A stretch of DNA of 63,475 nt, filler included, from Rhabdomonas costata (Eukaryota): NCBI GenBank assembly GCA_019059605.1. It is 54 parts of 54 records of this genome, joined end to end, with 100 filler letters (N's around TTAATTAATTAA, not from the genome) between each part and the next. Parts side by side here need not be neighbours in the genome. Positions count along the whole stretch, not along the records: positions 24,732 to 25,808 come from JAHMHO010029839.1; positions 25,909 to 26,985 come from JAHMHO010029840.1; positions 27,086 to 28,162 come from JAHMHO010029841.1; positions 28,263 to 29,339 come from JAHMHO010029842.1; positions 29,440 to 30,516 come from JAHMHO010029843.1; positions 30,617 to 31,694 come from JAHMHO010029844.1; positions 31,795 to 32,871 come from JAHMHO010029845.1; positions 32,972 to 34,048 come from JAHMHO010029846.1; 46 more parts are not named here. One strand, written 5' to 3'. Shown piece by piece: positions 24,920 through 37,440 of the stretch (position 1 is its first letter; every line of letters starts with the position of its first letter). The notes beneath the pieces were generated by a model. It saw nothing but the letters and a program-made list of their open reading frames with translations, was not told where the DNA came from and ran no database searches. A program made the position numbers and the translations under genes.

Positions 24920-27900
24920 CTGCGTGGGGATGAATGGTGAATTAATTGAATTGAAAGATTTTGCAGGTGATATATGTGGGTGTGAAAGGAACAAAAAATG
25001 AGCCAGCGAGGATCATTGTCATTATTATGTGATCAAAGAAGACGATTCGATCGGCTGTCCAAACACATTCGCCGACCGCTATGTCCTTAAGTCTCGGCAC
25101 CCTCTCGCACACTTGCTTGGGGTGGGGAGGCGTCAGTCGGTGTGATCGATGTCGATGTGATGCCCACTTACCTCTCAACTGTGCACGACCAAGTTCAACG
25201 GACTTAAGTTCCCGGTTTCAAGGATCTAATTGGCCCTGTCAAGTCGAAACCTCTCTTCCAAACCTCCACACTGTTTGAAAACGTTGCTGTCCCCCATCAC
25301 CTTCCGCTTGCTTTAGCTTCCCTTCCCCCAAAATGCAGAAAGACAGCCCAGGACATAACACTTCAAAATGGGTAGTTTACACACCAAATGCTCGTCACCA
25401 AAAAAGTAGAGTCATGAAAAATTTACGTCCGCACCTCATCGTCCTTAAAGCTTCCCTTGTAGGTGTCCCCGTTGGAGTAGGTGTAGGTGCCCTGGCCAAA
25501 CATCACTCCGTCTCGCCAGTCACCTGCAGCGCAAAGGGACACACACACTTCACTGCGCGACGCAGTGTCGGCATTTTGGCCCCACGGTACTAAATGGAGC
25601 AAGATGGAGCTTCACTTTTTTCGGCGTTTTCGGCATTCCTTGGTGGGATTGATAGTCGACGCAAAGTTTCGACTACTCGATAATCACCGTAATTTCACCC
25701 AAACTCGCAGTTCTCCCCAAAGGCGTCGAACCATTCGATTGCACAATTTCAAACGCAAATCTCAAGGAAAAATTTGGTAGAGCCGGCGGTTCCATTTCAA
25801 CAAACACANNNNNNNNNNNNNNNNNNNNNNNNNNNNNNNNNNNNNNNNNNNNTTAATTAATTAANNNNNNNNNNNNNNNNNNNNNNNNNNNNNNNNNNNN
25901 NNNNNNNNGTGTTGGTTTGTTTCCAAGGTTGCAGGTGCTTTGTCAGGTCTTCACACTCATTGGCATGTTCCTCGGATGCTGTGCTCCAAAATCATGGCTT
26001 CCAGATGGGAAGCCTCCCAATGACAAAATCTGAAATGCCAACGCCTGCCGCATCCCCGGTTTGGAGATGCACACACGGCCAAAGTCACGAATGGGCCAGC
26101 GACACATGCATTCAAGTGCAGTTCTTCTTTTAATAACAGAGAGAACCCGAATACTGTAAAAATGCAGTCTTTCGCCCGAATGCGGGACAAATTTTAAGGA
26201 GTCATGGATGTTTTTTCTTCCGACAAGCGCCCCAAGGAAAATATCATGAGACTTCACAACCGAACCCTAAATCCGCTTTCAACTTGGCCGCCTTTTCACA
26301 TCAGCAGGCATTACAGCCCCAGTGTTTCACTCTTGGCTGCTGCAGTGCAGCCCTGCGCAACGAGGGGCACCCGAGTGACGGCCTGGCTTTTGAAACATGG
26401 CCTTGGCAGCGGTTACCGTGGAGCCCCCAAAGTGGCAGAGTAGGGGAGCAACCGCGGCCCGCAACTGCCGCATCGCATTGGACACCGCTGGGAATCCCAG
26501 CGCCGCAGCGACCTCCGCCCAAGAGCGCTTTTGAAGGACCTTAAACCACAGCAAACAAACAACACACATAACACATACACGAACACATAGCAAAGGATAC
26601 GTGGAGATCATGCTTAACACAAAGCGAAAAGGAGAAACGCAGGGGAAGGGACAAAAAATAATTTTAGTGAGATCAGCGGGAAAATAGTGTTTCCTTCGGA
26701 AACTTTCGTTTCCCGGGGTCCAGGAGAAGGCAACGGGAGGAAAGGCACACAACTGTTTTCATGTTCACAAAAAAAACGAACTTACTAAAAAGTGTGTAAA
26801 GCCCACTCAATCTCAACTAAGATTGTAAGGGGGTAACCAGGGGGGGGGGTACGCATGTGGCACCCGTGCCAAGAGTTACCCCTTACAAGCTAAGTAGAGA
26901 CTGAGTGAGTTCCCTGGATTCGAATCCCATCCGGGACATTCCCATGACGAGGCGATATGGGGAGTGTCGGAGTTGAACCCACACCNNNNNNNNNNNNNNN
27001 NNNNNNNNNNNNNNNNNNNNNNNNNNNNNTTAATTAATTAANNNNNNNNNNNNNNNNNNNNNNNNNNNNNNNNNNNNNNNNNNNNGGGTTTGGGGAAGGG
27101 TCGGGGAAGGGAAGGGCTTCCTCAATGTGACTTGCTGTGGCTCTTCCCTTTGATTGTCCCGGATTTTTCCGCTGCCTTCGAAGGTGACACGTTTGGCCTC
27201 CTGTGTGCATTTCTTCAGGGCTTTCTAGACTTCTACAGTGCCAGTGCTGTTTGCTCTGAGTCTTGCTTGTGTTTTGTGTGTTCGCTTGCTGGGGCTTTCC
27301 TGGGCACGCCACTGTTGATAGTTGAGGCAATCCATAGCGAAGAAAGAAAGGGCATCATGCAGGTGTTTATAGCCCCCAACACGCATACACACACTCGAAT
27401 AGGCCGCGGTGGCGCCTCAGCTGGCGCCGCCAACACCGGGCGATAAGCGCGTATTAGGTCTTCCTCCGCTTCTCCGCTTGACGTCCCCTTGACACCCCGT
27501 GTCAGTCAGACGCCTAGGTTTACATCTCGGCTTGGGGACGTTGCCCATTTTCGTGTTTCCGGAGTTTTGAAGAGCCGGCCAAAAAAACTCTCCAGAAGTA
27601 GACCTCCCCTGACTGCACATGTAGATTTTGGGTATCTTCTAAGTTTAATGCCCATTTTCCGGTCAAGAAGTCATTTGGTGGAGCTCTGCTTCCATCGAGA
27701 GAAAGATAAGTCTCCGTGGCACCTTCAAGGGCTTTCCTGTCAGCATCAGCAATGTTTTTGCTTCGTAGTTGCGTCATCTCCTCGGCGATATGAAAGCTAG
27801 CAGTATTGAATAAAGACGAAAGTCGACGATGTCAGGCATATGAGTGATAAGGTGTCCGGATCTCAATTCTTGTCCTGCTCGTTTTGCAGGTGCGTCACTT

Positions 27901-29940
27901 CATTTTTTCTGTTTGTCGATTTTTGACAACCGTGTTAACTGAGCCAGTCCTAGAAATGGCGAAGGCCCACCCTGACTGGTCGAGTGTAAAAAGAAACTTG
28001 TTTGTCATAGTGGTGGTGATGGCGGCGCTGACCTTATACGTGGGAGAGTCACCGTTCTCGTCGCACTTTCCTCCTCTGGAGGAAAAGGGAAAGAAAGGTA
28101 CTTGACCCTTTGAACCATTCCAAACATCGGTGTCACAAACAAATCATCCCTTCCCCCACAACNNNNNNNNNNNNNNNNNNNNNNNNNNNNNNNNNNNNNN
28201 NNNNNNTTAATTAATTAANNNNNNNNNNNNNNNNNNNNNNNNNNNNNNNNNNNNNNNNNNNNTTGTGGGGGGCGGGGAAATACCGCCCCGCGATGAGGAA
28301 GGGTGGTTGGGGGGGGGTCTTAGCAGTCTGGAACTTCCGTTCACTATTCAGAGACACACGGGTGGTCCAGGCTGTGCTGGTCATACGACAAGGTGGGCGC
28401 GCAAGGTGGGAGGGGGGTAGGAGTGAGTGAAGGAGGAGCAGCCGCGAGTTACCCCTTGATGACATCATGCCCCTCCCCAAACGTCAATGATGTCCATCTC
28501 GAGGGAAGAGTGAAGGAGGGAATGGGGGGTGGCTTTGTTGTCGTCCGTGGTGGTGAGGGTAACCGCGGAACGGCAAAAGCAGACGCGTACCTACACCGCA
28601 TGGATCTCGTTTGAGCATCCACACGGGTGTTTTGTTTTTCCGGGCTAAAGGGCGAGCTCAATTTAAAAAAATTCAAAACATTGCAGAAACCCGCAAGGAG
28701 CCTGCAAAAACCCACCCCCTCCTCTCCAAAAAACGGACATCTGCAGATATCTCGCTGACGAGTCCGTCAATATCCGGGGACAGCCTTTCTCTGAGACTTT
28801 TCGGTTGGGAGTTGGGAGTGAGTTTTCTGAGAGAATAACGAAAAAAGACACAAACAAGGTCAATGAGCGGAGGAGGCGACACGAAAGGGAGGGGAGGCCA
28901 TAACCTCCGCCCCACTCCTGCAAAAACGGACACTCCATGTGGACACGCACACTAAAGGCTCTTGTAAAAATGAAGGCATCAGCCATGACAGGTTGCTGCC
29001 CCTTCCCCTTTCCCTGCTCCTAAAGTCTTGGCGAAAATGAACGTGTGGGTGTGGGTGCTTTTGGAAGGGTGGCCATCAGGGATCATCTGAGCCAGCCAGC
29101 TGTGGAAACTGTGCACTGCGCTCCTCACTCATCCCAACGTCTTTTCAGAACTTTGGTGCGGAGGCCCACAGGCAGGCTCTGCGGGAGCCTTGGGAACGGG
29201 AGGCGGCGGGGGAGTAGGGCGTCCCCAGGGCGTGCGGGACCCGCCACTTCGCCCCGCAATGCCCGCACAGCATGTGGTCCATGCCCTGTTTAAAACAACC
29301 GCGACCTCCCCTCTCAGCTGCACCCTTCGAACCCCCAACNNNNNNNNNNNNNNNNNNNNNNNNNNNNNNNNNNNNNNNNNNNNTTAATTAATTAANNNNN
29401 NNNNNNNNNNNNNNNNNNNNNNNNNNNNNNNNNNNNNNNTGTTTTTGGTACACCGGTGGTACACAAGGCTCTGCTTGGCCGTCTAACTCGCGGCTCATCC
29501 GGTTTGACGTTTAATACAGCCTGCTTCCTTACGAATGAGTATTTCTACTCGAACCTTGGACTGAAAGAAAAGTATCCGAAGTTTCGGTCGGTTAAGGCGT
29601 CCCTCTCCGCCAGGACTTGTTTGGTCAGTGAAAGGGACGAATGCGAGGACTTGCTTATGGGGGTATTGTGCACGCATCTGGTTCCCGCCGATCTCCTCCC
29701 CTCCTTCTGTGACCGGACGTCAATGTCTCAATCTTCCACCCGCTGCACCCAGCACAAGCGGCGGTTATGGCTGGGACGGCGGCTGAAGCTTGCGCTGAGG
29801 AGAAGGTGAAGCAGTACGGTGAGCTCTGCAAGGGGTTGGGACATCTAGGCTGTTGTCATGGAGACGACTGCGGCGTAATCGGGCAGCGCTTAGTGTGGCA
29901 GCTGGAGCGGAAGCGGGCCCTGAAAACTGGGTTTCGTTAG

Positions 29941-30230
29941 ATGACTGCGGACGCATGGGTGGCCCTTGCGCTGGAGCGTGCTGTGGCGCGGCAGCTGGCG
30001 CGGGCCAGGCAGGCGGCCTGACCTTGCACGACTCCATGGTGTTGAGTGGACTCGCCCCTGATCATGGGGTAGAAGTGAAGCGGTAATTTTTGTGGGCTTC
30101 AGGCGGCTAAGAGCCAGTTGCCGAGCCCCTTTCGGCGTAGTTGGTTGGTTGTGAAGTACGCTGTGGGTGCTGTCGTAAATCCGCTGCGTGGGGCAAGAAG
30201 TGGCGCAAAAGGGTTACAAAGAGCCGCCAA
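29941..30230 (-). repeat. Dispersed repeat family A, copy 1 (opposite orientation to copy 2)
   Basis: Reverse-complement similarity to 54915-55225, e.g. GCTGTGGCGCGGCAGCTGGCGCGGGCCAGGCAGG and CCGCTGCGTGGGGCAAGAAG. Confidence 0.85.
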
Positions 30231-31089
30231 CGCGAAAAATCATGAATAAATGATTTTTATTTTATGAAGGCAGCACGGCCCTGCAGGAGCGCGGGAAAGT
30301 TACTCTTGTGAGCCAAGCCCCCTCAGCACCTCATTCAGGAGTCTGAAATCTTTGAAAGCCATCCACATCTGCTTTTAGTTGGGGCAGGGTTTGCATATAG
30401 CGCTCAAGCGTGAGTCGCGTGAAAGCTGCTCGGTGCGGTGGGCAGCCCAGTCTCTATCTGGTTTGGACTGTGTGGCAGGGAAGGCCTGCAGAGCTGGCCA
30501 AGTCCACAAAAGCATCNNNNNNNNNNNNNNNNNNNNNNNNNNNNNNNNNNNNNNNNNNNNTTAATTAATTAANNNNNNNNNNNNNNNNNNNNNNNNNNNN
30601 NNNNNNNNNNNNNNNNGTGGGTTGGTCACCTGGTTGATGAAAGTCAGTTCCCCGTTGCCCCCTTCGTCAATATTTGGACCAACCAGGCGCAGGTCCCGAT
30701 GGACATACTTTCATCAACCAGGTGATCAACCCAAGGTGGACACCGTGGAGGCACGGGAATTTCTGGCTAACAATTCCCTGAAATCGGCAAAAGCAGGCAA
30801 AATAGCCATGCTTTCCCTTCCTTTCTTTGGACCGTTTTTGGTCCTTTGGGAGCAGACTATTTTCGAAACCCTTCAGAGGACAGTATCTCATAATAGCGGG
30901 GGAATGCGATCGAGTGAGGTTTTGTATTCGAGAACACATCAGTTTTTCCACAGTGATGGCCCCATTAACATCGATTTCTGTTTGGTACGTCCAGGGAAAT
31001 AGGTTTGATGCCATCGCAACGTAGCGTGCATGTGTTCGTGTGTGTGTGTGTGTGTGTGTGTGGAGGGGAGCGGAAATGGCGGTGCGCAG

Positions 31090-31217
31090 GCAAGGACATC
31101 AAGGAAACAGACCACTGTGTGGTCAACGACGAGTTCGCAGAGCGCCAGCGCAAGATCAAGATCCCCACGGTGGTCGCCAAGATCAACCCCAAGGCCACCG
31201 CTGTGGTGGTTCAGCAG
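31090..31217 (+). CDS. Exon of unknown protein (KDIKETDHCVVNDEFAERQRKIKIPTVVAKINPKATAVVVQQ)
   Basis: GCAG acceptor, strong GC3 codon bias, CAG|GT donor. Confidence 0.55.
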
Positions 31218-31434
31218 GTCTCTTTTGGGCCCTCTGCGTCACTTGTTGCACAGCAGTGCTCGAGCCAAAGTGAGGAATGGGCACAATGTTCAGCACCCAG
31301 GCCCCAGTAACAGTCCTGCGGCCACCAGGATATCCTGCCCGAATGGTGGTTGCCACCTTTCTTTTGTGTGTTGGGTTGGTTTTCAGCCACAGTGCCCTGT
31401 TCTACAGCAAGTGGTGACGTTTACTCGCTGTCGA

Positions 31435-31566
31435 TTTCGGACTTGTAGAGGAATAAAGTGGTGTAAAGGCAATGCTTTTGGCTGCCTGAAAAAGGGCCTT
31501 TTTCGGACTTGTAGAGGAATAAAGTGGTGTAAAGGCAATGCTTTTGGCTGCCTGAAAAAGGGCCTT
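31435..31566 (+). repeat. Exact 66-bp tandem duplication in an intron
   Basis: 31435-31500 = 31501-31566. Confidence 0.92.
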
Positions 31567-32682
31567 TTTCTATGTACATTTTGGGCTTTGTCTGAGTTCT
31601 CATTTTCGACCTGACGCAGGGTATAATTATGATCGAATGGAGGGTAATCTCGACCGACACATAATTTTGCCTTCGGAAATCACAACCCACAACCNNNNNN
31701 NNNNNNNNNNNNNNNNNNNNNNNNNNNNNNNNNNNNNNTTAATTAATTAANNNNNNNNNNNNNNNNNNNNNNNNNNNNNNNNNNNNNNNNNNNNGGTTGT
31801 TGGGCACGTGCACTTCTAGGCCACCTGTCCATGAGCGACGGGCTGTGATGGCAAACGGGCTGCTCCCTCTCAACATCTGTTCGGCAATGCCTCCATCTCG
31901 GCAGCTTCGGACATTTTTTGCGGCCGGCTGTTCAGGCAACGGGGTCATTCTCAGACATACCCAACTCGTATGGAGAAAGGCGTCTCAAGAACCTGCGCAG
32001 CCCGGACCCGGCTTTGTTACTGCTGGTCTCATGGAACAGCCCAATGAGAAACTGACAGGAACGGCGGCACTAAGTGCACGCCCCGCGAGCTGGTGCCAGC
32101 CAATTTGACTGCGATTTTCGGGCATTGTCATCCTCTCATTCCAAGACTTCGGAAACCGTTTGAATCGGGAAACGCAAGCCCGGGCAACAGAATTCCGGTA
32201 GCTTTCCACAAACAACCGCAGCGCAACCGACAGTGTATGGGGACCGCGCCATCAAAAAGCGCATACAACATGACAAACACAAAGCAGGCGATAGACAGGC
32301 AACAGACTCTTTCTCTACATAATGAGCTGGCGCATTGCCAACAAGCTACGTTTTTGCACTGCTACATCACGGCAACATAAAACAAAAGGCACCAACTACA
32401 CACAAATCTCACATTCTTTTCTTCTCACTCTCTTCCACTCTCTCGGCTCCGCCCGTTCTCACAGTCCATGCAAGAGCACGGCTCGGCGATGACACGGAGA
32501 CAGGCAGAGAAAGGCATTGGAGAAACACGCGCAGCGGAGTGAGGAATACCAACGAAACTCACTGCACTTCGGTGGAGAATATAAAAACGAAGCGTGTGAG
32601 CATGCACACACAAAGTAAAGGGAAGGGAAGGGAAAGGAAAGGAAACGAGAGAGAGAGAGAGAGAGTGGCAAGCGCTGGAGAT

Positions 32683-32871
32683 TTAGAGCATCGAAATCTC
32701 CACCAGCATCGCGTGCAAGGAAGCTATGGTCACAGGCTTAGCCAAAAAGTGAGTCATCCCGCACCGCTGGCACGCAGCCTGGTCCTCCTCCATCGTGGCC
32801 GCGGTGAGCGCAATGATGGGGACCTGGCCGTAGCCCTCCACCTCGCGGATCCTCTGCGTGGCCCCAAAACA
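32683..32871 (-). CDS. C-terminal receiver (REC) domain of a hybrid histidine kinase or response regulator (absent from the ORF track)
   Basis: ATQRIREVEGYGQVPIIALTAATMEEDQAACQRCGMTHFLAKPVTIASLHAML* contains the PIIALTA and GM..FL.KP motifs. Confidence 0.9.
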   Translation of the reverse strand, partial: CFGATQRIREVEGYGQVPIIALTAATMEEDQAACQRCGMTHFLAKPVTIASLHAMLVEISML

Positions 32872-33622
32872 NNNNNNNNNNNNNNNNNNNNNNNNNNNNN
32901 NNNNNNNNNNNNNNNTTAATTAATTAANNNNNNNNNNNNNNNNNNNNNNNNNNNNNNNNNNNNNNNNNNNNTTTTGGGTTGCATTGAGCTTAGAAATTTG
33001 AGTGCTTTTTGTTGGATTGAACTTTGAAGTGTGCCAGGAGAGTAGTTTCACTTGAAAAACTGGATCAATAAAGCGTCAACGCTGATCCATTCTGTGTTGA
33101 TACAACATTGGCCGACTCTCAGAGAAAATTGGAGTTATCTATTGGAGTTGTCTTGTCTTCCTTCCTCCATTTTTAAACGATCTGTTGTTTTGGTCACGAA
33201 AGAATCCGGAGTAGATCCTTTATTACTTGCTACCAGCTTCCAAAAGTCCCCTGGAGAATTATAGGCGGGTGAACTGCTGCTGACGTAGTCTGCTCCTCGG
33301 CAAGATTGGTGATCTTCCTTCGATGTTTTTCCTGTGCTTCTGGCTGAAGTTGAACAATTTTCGCTCCAGAGAGCTCTTGACAACCCCGAGACCTCCACTT
33401 AAACTCCATGTAAATGCCATTTTAAACCCAACGACGCTAAGAGGAATTCCGCCGCTGATGAGGCCGTGCTCACTTCTTTTTGCCTACCTAAACGAAAAGT
33501 CAATTTGTCGTAAATATGAGACTTTCGCGCACCAAATTTTTTCGCCCGCCTTTTCATCGCCGCACCGAAATTCAAGCGAGACATCAACTCATTCCTTCTG
33601 AAACAAAAGAAAAGGCACATGC

Positions 33623-34040
33623 CTGCACCGCCCCAAGGATGGCGTTCAGGTTCGTGTTGAGCAGGTGAGAGAGTCTGCTGAGGGCAGCACTGGAGCTTGC
33701 ACGATCCTCATTCTCCCTCAGCTGCAGGGACCGCAGCAGGTCCTGCTCAAAGACCCGTATCTCCTGCCAAAGCCATCTGCTGGAGCATACTTTGGTCGGG
33801 AGGGTTGCCTCAAACGGCACAAGGGAGATCTCGTGCAGGCCACGGGAAAGTTGAAGCCAAGTGACGACACCATGCAAAATGCCAAACGCAGCACAAACCC
33901 CGCAAAGCACCGAAACCCTCACCTCGGCAGGCAGGGCGAACGCGCAGACAGGGGCCAGGACAACCATTTCAAGCAGAGTAGAGAAGGCAAAGAAAACAAG
34001 ACAAGAAGCCATTTTGGCGAACGACAAGCTGACAGCGTAA
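33623..34040 (-). CDS. Membrane sensor histidine kinase-like exon (two hydrophobic segments plus a divergent HisKA H-box)
   Basis: ALSRLSHLLNTNLNAILGAVQ resembles F(L)ANMSHEIRTPLNAILG. The exon ends at CAG|GCATGT. Confidence 0.6.
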
Positions 34041-34445
34041 CAAACAAANNNNNNNNNNNNNNNNNNNNNNNNNNNNNNNNNNNNNNNNNNNNTTAATTAA
34101 TTAANNNNNNNNNNNNNNNNNNNNNNNNNNNNNNNNNNNNNNNNNNNNTTTCTCTCGTTTCTCTTCTCTCCCACCCTCCTACCCACCTGTTCTGGCGCTA
34201 CCTCATTCTCTCAATCCCGTCCTTAGCACCCTACCTCCGCTCTCACGCGTTTTTGGTAGCTCAGCCTCCTGTAACTTCTTCGGTTTTCGCCTTCCCGCCC
34301 ATTGCATGCCGTGTTGCTGTGCTGTTGTGCTCTGTCTTGCCTTCCGGGTTGCTAGAAAAACGGAGGTTGCCGCAAGGAAACTGCCCCTTGTCCCTTTAGT
34401 GTGCCATCTCCTCGGAACCGTTCATCGCCCGAAGGGATGTGCTCC

Positions 34446-34549
34446 AATACTAAAATTGTATTGGGTTACCTTTCTTCGGTATTTCTGGTGTTTTAGAGAC
34501 TGACTTCGGTGAATTTGCCCCGGGAACGGGGATGAACGTTCCCAGGAGA
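34446..34549 (+). repeat. Dispersed repeat family B, copy 1
   Basis: About 100 bp similar to 44369-44473 (TACCTTTC.TCGGT.TTTCTGGTGT..TAGAG.CTGACTTC.GTGAA.TTGCCCGGGAACGGGGATGAACG). Confidence 0.85.
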
Positions 34550-34923
34550 TGCCGAAAAAGGGCAAAGTTTTTTTTGTGGCGAAGGCCAGCGCCGCGGCCG
34601 CGGAGGGGAGCCCGCAGCGCAGCCGGATTTGTCTCACTCTTCTTCTTCTTCTGTGTCTTGTATGTGGTGTCGGGGCTTCAGCCTTGCCAGTCTAAAGCTT
34701 GTGGCCAAGGTGCACGCCTTACTGAAGGAAAACGCCACCTTAGGTGCGACTGCTGTCCACCCCTTTCACCCGTTTCTCGTTTTTCTGACCTCACCGCGGT
34801 GAACAGAGCAGCGACTCCGCATTTACCTAATATCCGGTCAATGCAGCGCCCTTTTTTTTTTTTTACGAATGATGTCATACCACAAAATATGACATTTCGC
34901 TCCCCCTTGGAAACTACTTACAG

Positions 34924-35016
34924 GCTCGGAGATTCTTGAGGCGGAGTCCTCGGACAAGTGGACCGTCATCGAGCTCTTTCAGACCTACATCGAGCGAATT
35001 CGGGCTGAGATCCATG
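34924..35016 (+). CDS. Probable exon, unknown protein (SEILEAESSDKWTVIELFQTYIERIRAEIH)
   Basis: TTACAG|...G|GTCGG, 93 nt, phase 1-1. Confidence 0.45.
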
Positions 35017-36503
35017 GTCGGTGTACTTTGGCTGACTTGGAGCCCTTGCCAAAACCCAAACTGTAACTGTAACCATTAATCACCCTCGATTTATCTTATT
35101 TTTGCATACTGACGCGCTTTTCCAGTTTCCGAATCGGAGAAGGGTTGGACTGCGTCTGCATAGTTTATCACGGATGACCTTCCGCAGGCTTTTTGCAGTC
35201 GAGTTTCCTATTCTTTGGGTTTTGGNNNNNNNNNNNNNNNNNNNNNNNNNNNNNNNNNNNNNNNNNNNNTTAATTAATTAANNNNNNNNNNNNNNNNNNN
35301 NNNNNNNNNNNNNNNNNNNNNNNNNTGTTGTTTGTATCAGTGAAAATCACCACAGACTAACTCCACAAAGCTTTGTGGGATCGTGTTAAATGCGCGAATG
35401 GCAGGGATGCCCAGCGCTCCCGATTCTCGTGAGCTTTTCTGGAATTCCGTCTGGATACTCTCATACTCTCATGCAGTCATCTAGTTCTGGTCGAGCTGAA
35501 GAGCAGAATACGTTCTACAGGAGCCCTGCAGGACAAGATGAAGCCCTTTCACTTCAAATACGTTGAAAATTCGATGGATCGCGGTGACCAAAACTCTTCA
35601 AGCATACAGGAATGCATTGCCAAACAATGACATGAAAAATATTTTGTTGGATACAAGGGGGCAAACTGGGAATAATATCACAGATGTTATAATGGGGGGG
35701 GGGCGCAAAGAGCACGCTTCAATGCATCAGCAATGTCAGCAAGGGCGAAGGGCCCTCGTCCCAGAGGTGGCTAAGAACAGGCGGATTGCGCACACCTCAG
35801 CATCGGGAAGGGTTCTAATTGGCCGAGTCAATGTAATGATGTTGCGGGTCGGCTCCTCCTCGGTGGCCCTGCGCCCCATGCTGGTTAGAAACCCCCGAAC
35901 CTAAACGGGCAAATCCGACAGAAACGCTTACTGCCATACTGAGTTAGTCACCGAGTGACCACTTTAGAATGACAAAAATGGAGAGGAAGGAGTGCCGACT
36001 TCAATCGGAGACACGCAGCGCACATTCAGGACAGGCACAACAGCAAAGTTGGATGCTGTTTGTTCTTGGCCACGCCTATAGGTCAGCTGGACCAAAGTTT
36101 ACCAATCCAGAACCCTCAAGGCCCCAAGGCCCAGTTATGGGTGGGACCCCCATTCCCACAAGTGGGGGCTGGCTGTACAATGGCGCGAGTGTGGGACTGT
36201 GCACGCTAGGCTAAATAGAGCCCCTGTATAAAGGGGCTCTAGAGGCTATTGGCTGACAATTGCAATACCATGGCAACATGCAATATATAGGGCTATGGCG
36301 CTGCACAGTCCGGGGACTGTCGCACGTGAGGCGAAATGCGGGGCGGGTGCCTGTTGAGGGTGCCCTCTGAGGCTCGATTCCCCTGGGCCCTAGCTTACAC
36401 ACCNNNNNNNNNNNNNNNNNNNNNNNNNNNNNNNNNNNNNNNNNNNNTTAATTAATTAANNNNNNNNNNNNNNNNNNNNNNNNNNNNNNNNNNNNNNNNN
36501 NNN

Positions 36504-37440
36504 GTGTTTTTTGCTTTACAGTTGATTCCCACAACGCGTCCACGTCCTTTGCCACACGCGCGCTGAGATTTGCTTCCAGCCGCTTTTCACCCTCGCACCC
36601 TTGGTATGGCTTTACATTGATGACCTACTCATTGCACATACAGATCCACTAAATCTTGTCTTCCTTACTCACTATGCTGTTTTTCTTCTGGAAACTGCCG
36701 GCTTCATTTTGAGCACCAAATCCCAACTGACACCGACCTCTTCGCTCACGTGGCTCGGGAAGACTCTTTCGGCACATGAAGGGGTGGCCAACTCCCTCGC
36801 AAGGGCCAACTCCTCATTGACATTTGGTTTCTGCGCACACACCGCTGCACTTTTCGTTCTCTACAACATGTGCTTGGTTTGCTTCAATGGATGGCATCTT
36901 GCTCTCCTGTGGGACCCTGGTTGGCTCCCGCGTACCTCCTCTCGCTCTACACTTCCCCTCCTGGTGGTTATCTTCTACCTCTCCGCACCTTCTCTTTCCT
37001 TCTTACGGCATTTCTTTATACACTGCTTCCAGCCCGTCCCCGACCCATCCCTCCACCAATAACCATGCCTCTCGTGTTTGTGGACGCTGCGCCATTTGGT
37101 TCCACCTTTCTAGTGTCTGCATTCCGCCCTCGTTCCTTTGCGACCACTGTCCAGGTCCCCGCACGGGCGAGCTCTCAGCAAGACGCTGAGCTCTATGCCA
37201 CCTTCCATGCTCTCCGTCAGGTCTCCTTCCGCCTCTTCCCCGGGTATGTATTTTTACCGACAATCTCTCTTCTTTCTTCACTCTGCAAACTGGTCGGGTG
37301 TCCTTTCGCACTCCCCATAGAGCCCGAATTCTGCGCCGCATACTCCGCCTCTGTTTCGCAGAAAATCTGGACATGCAAGTGGTACATGTGCCATCCTCCC
37401 ACAACCCGCGGACCCATTTTCCCGGTCAGAGCGCATCTCA
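36504..37440 (+). mobile_element. Degenerate DIRS/Ngaro-like (tyrosine-recombinase retrotransposon) reverse transcriptase plus RNase H
   Basis: YIDDLLI (36613), AGFILS.KSQLTP...LTWLG, RSLQHVLGLLQW, and RNase H motifs VFVDAA, QQDAELYA, IFTDN, HVPSSHNP. At least two frameshifts. Confidence 0.8.

Noticed and set aside
35480-35625. hAT-transposase-like LK.RW segment
   Set aside because: Short, stop-riddled similarity that could be chance.
36360-36395. B-box/tRNA-like GGCTCGATTCCCC
   Set aside because: No A-box or cloverleaf is visible.
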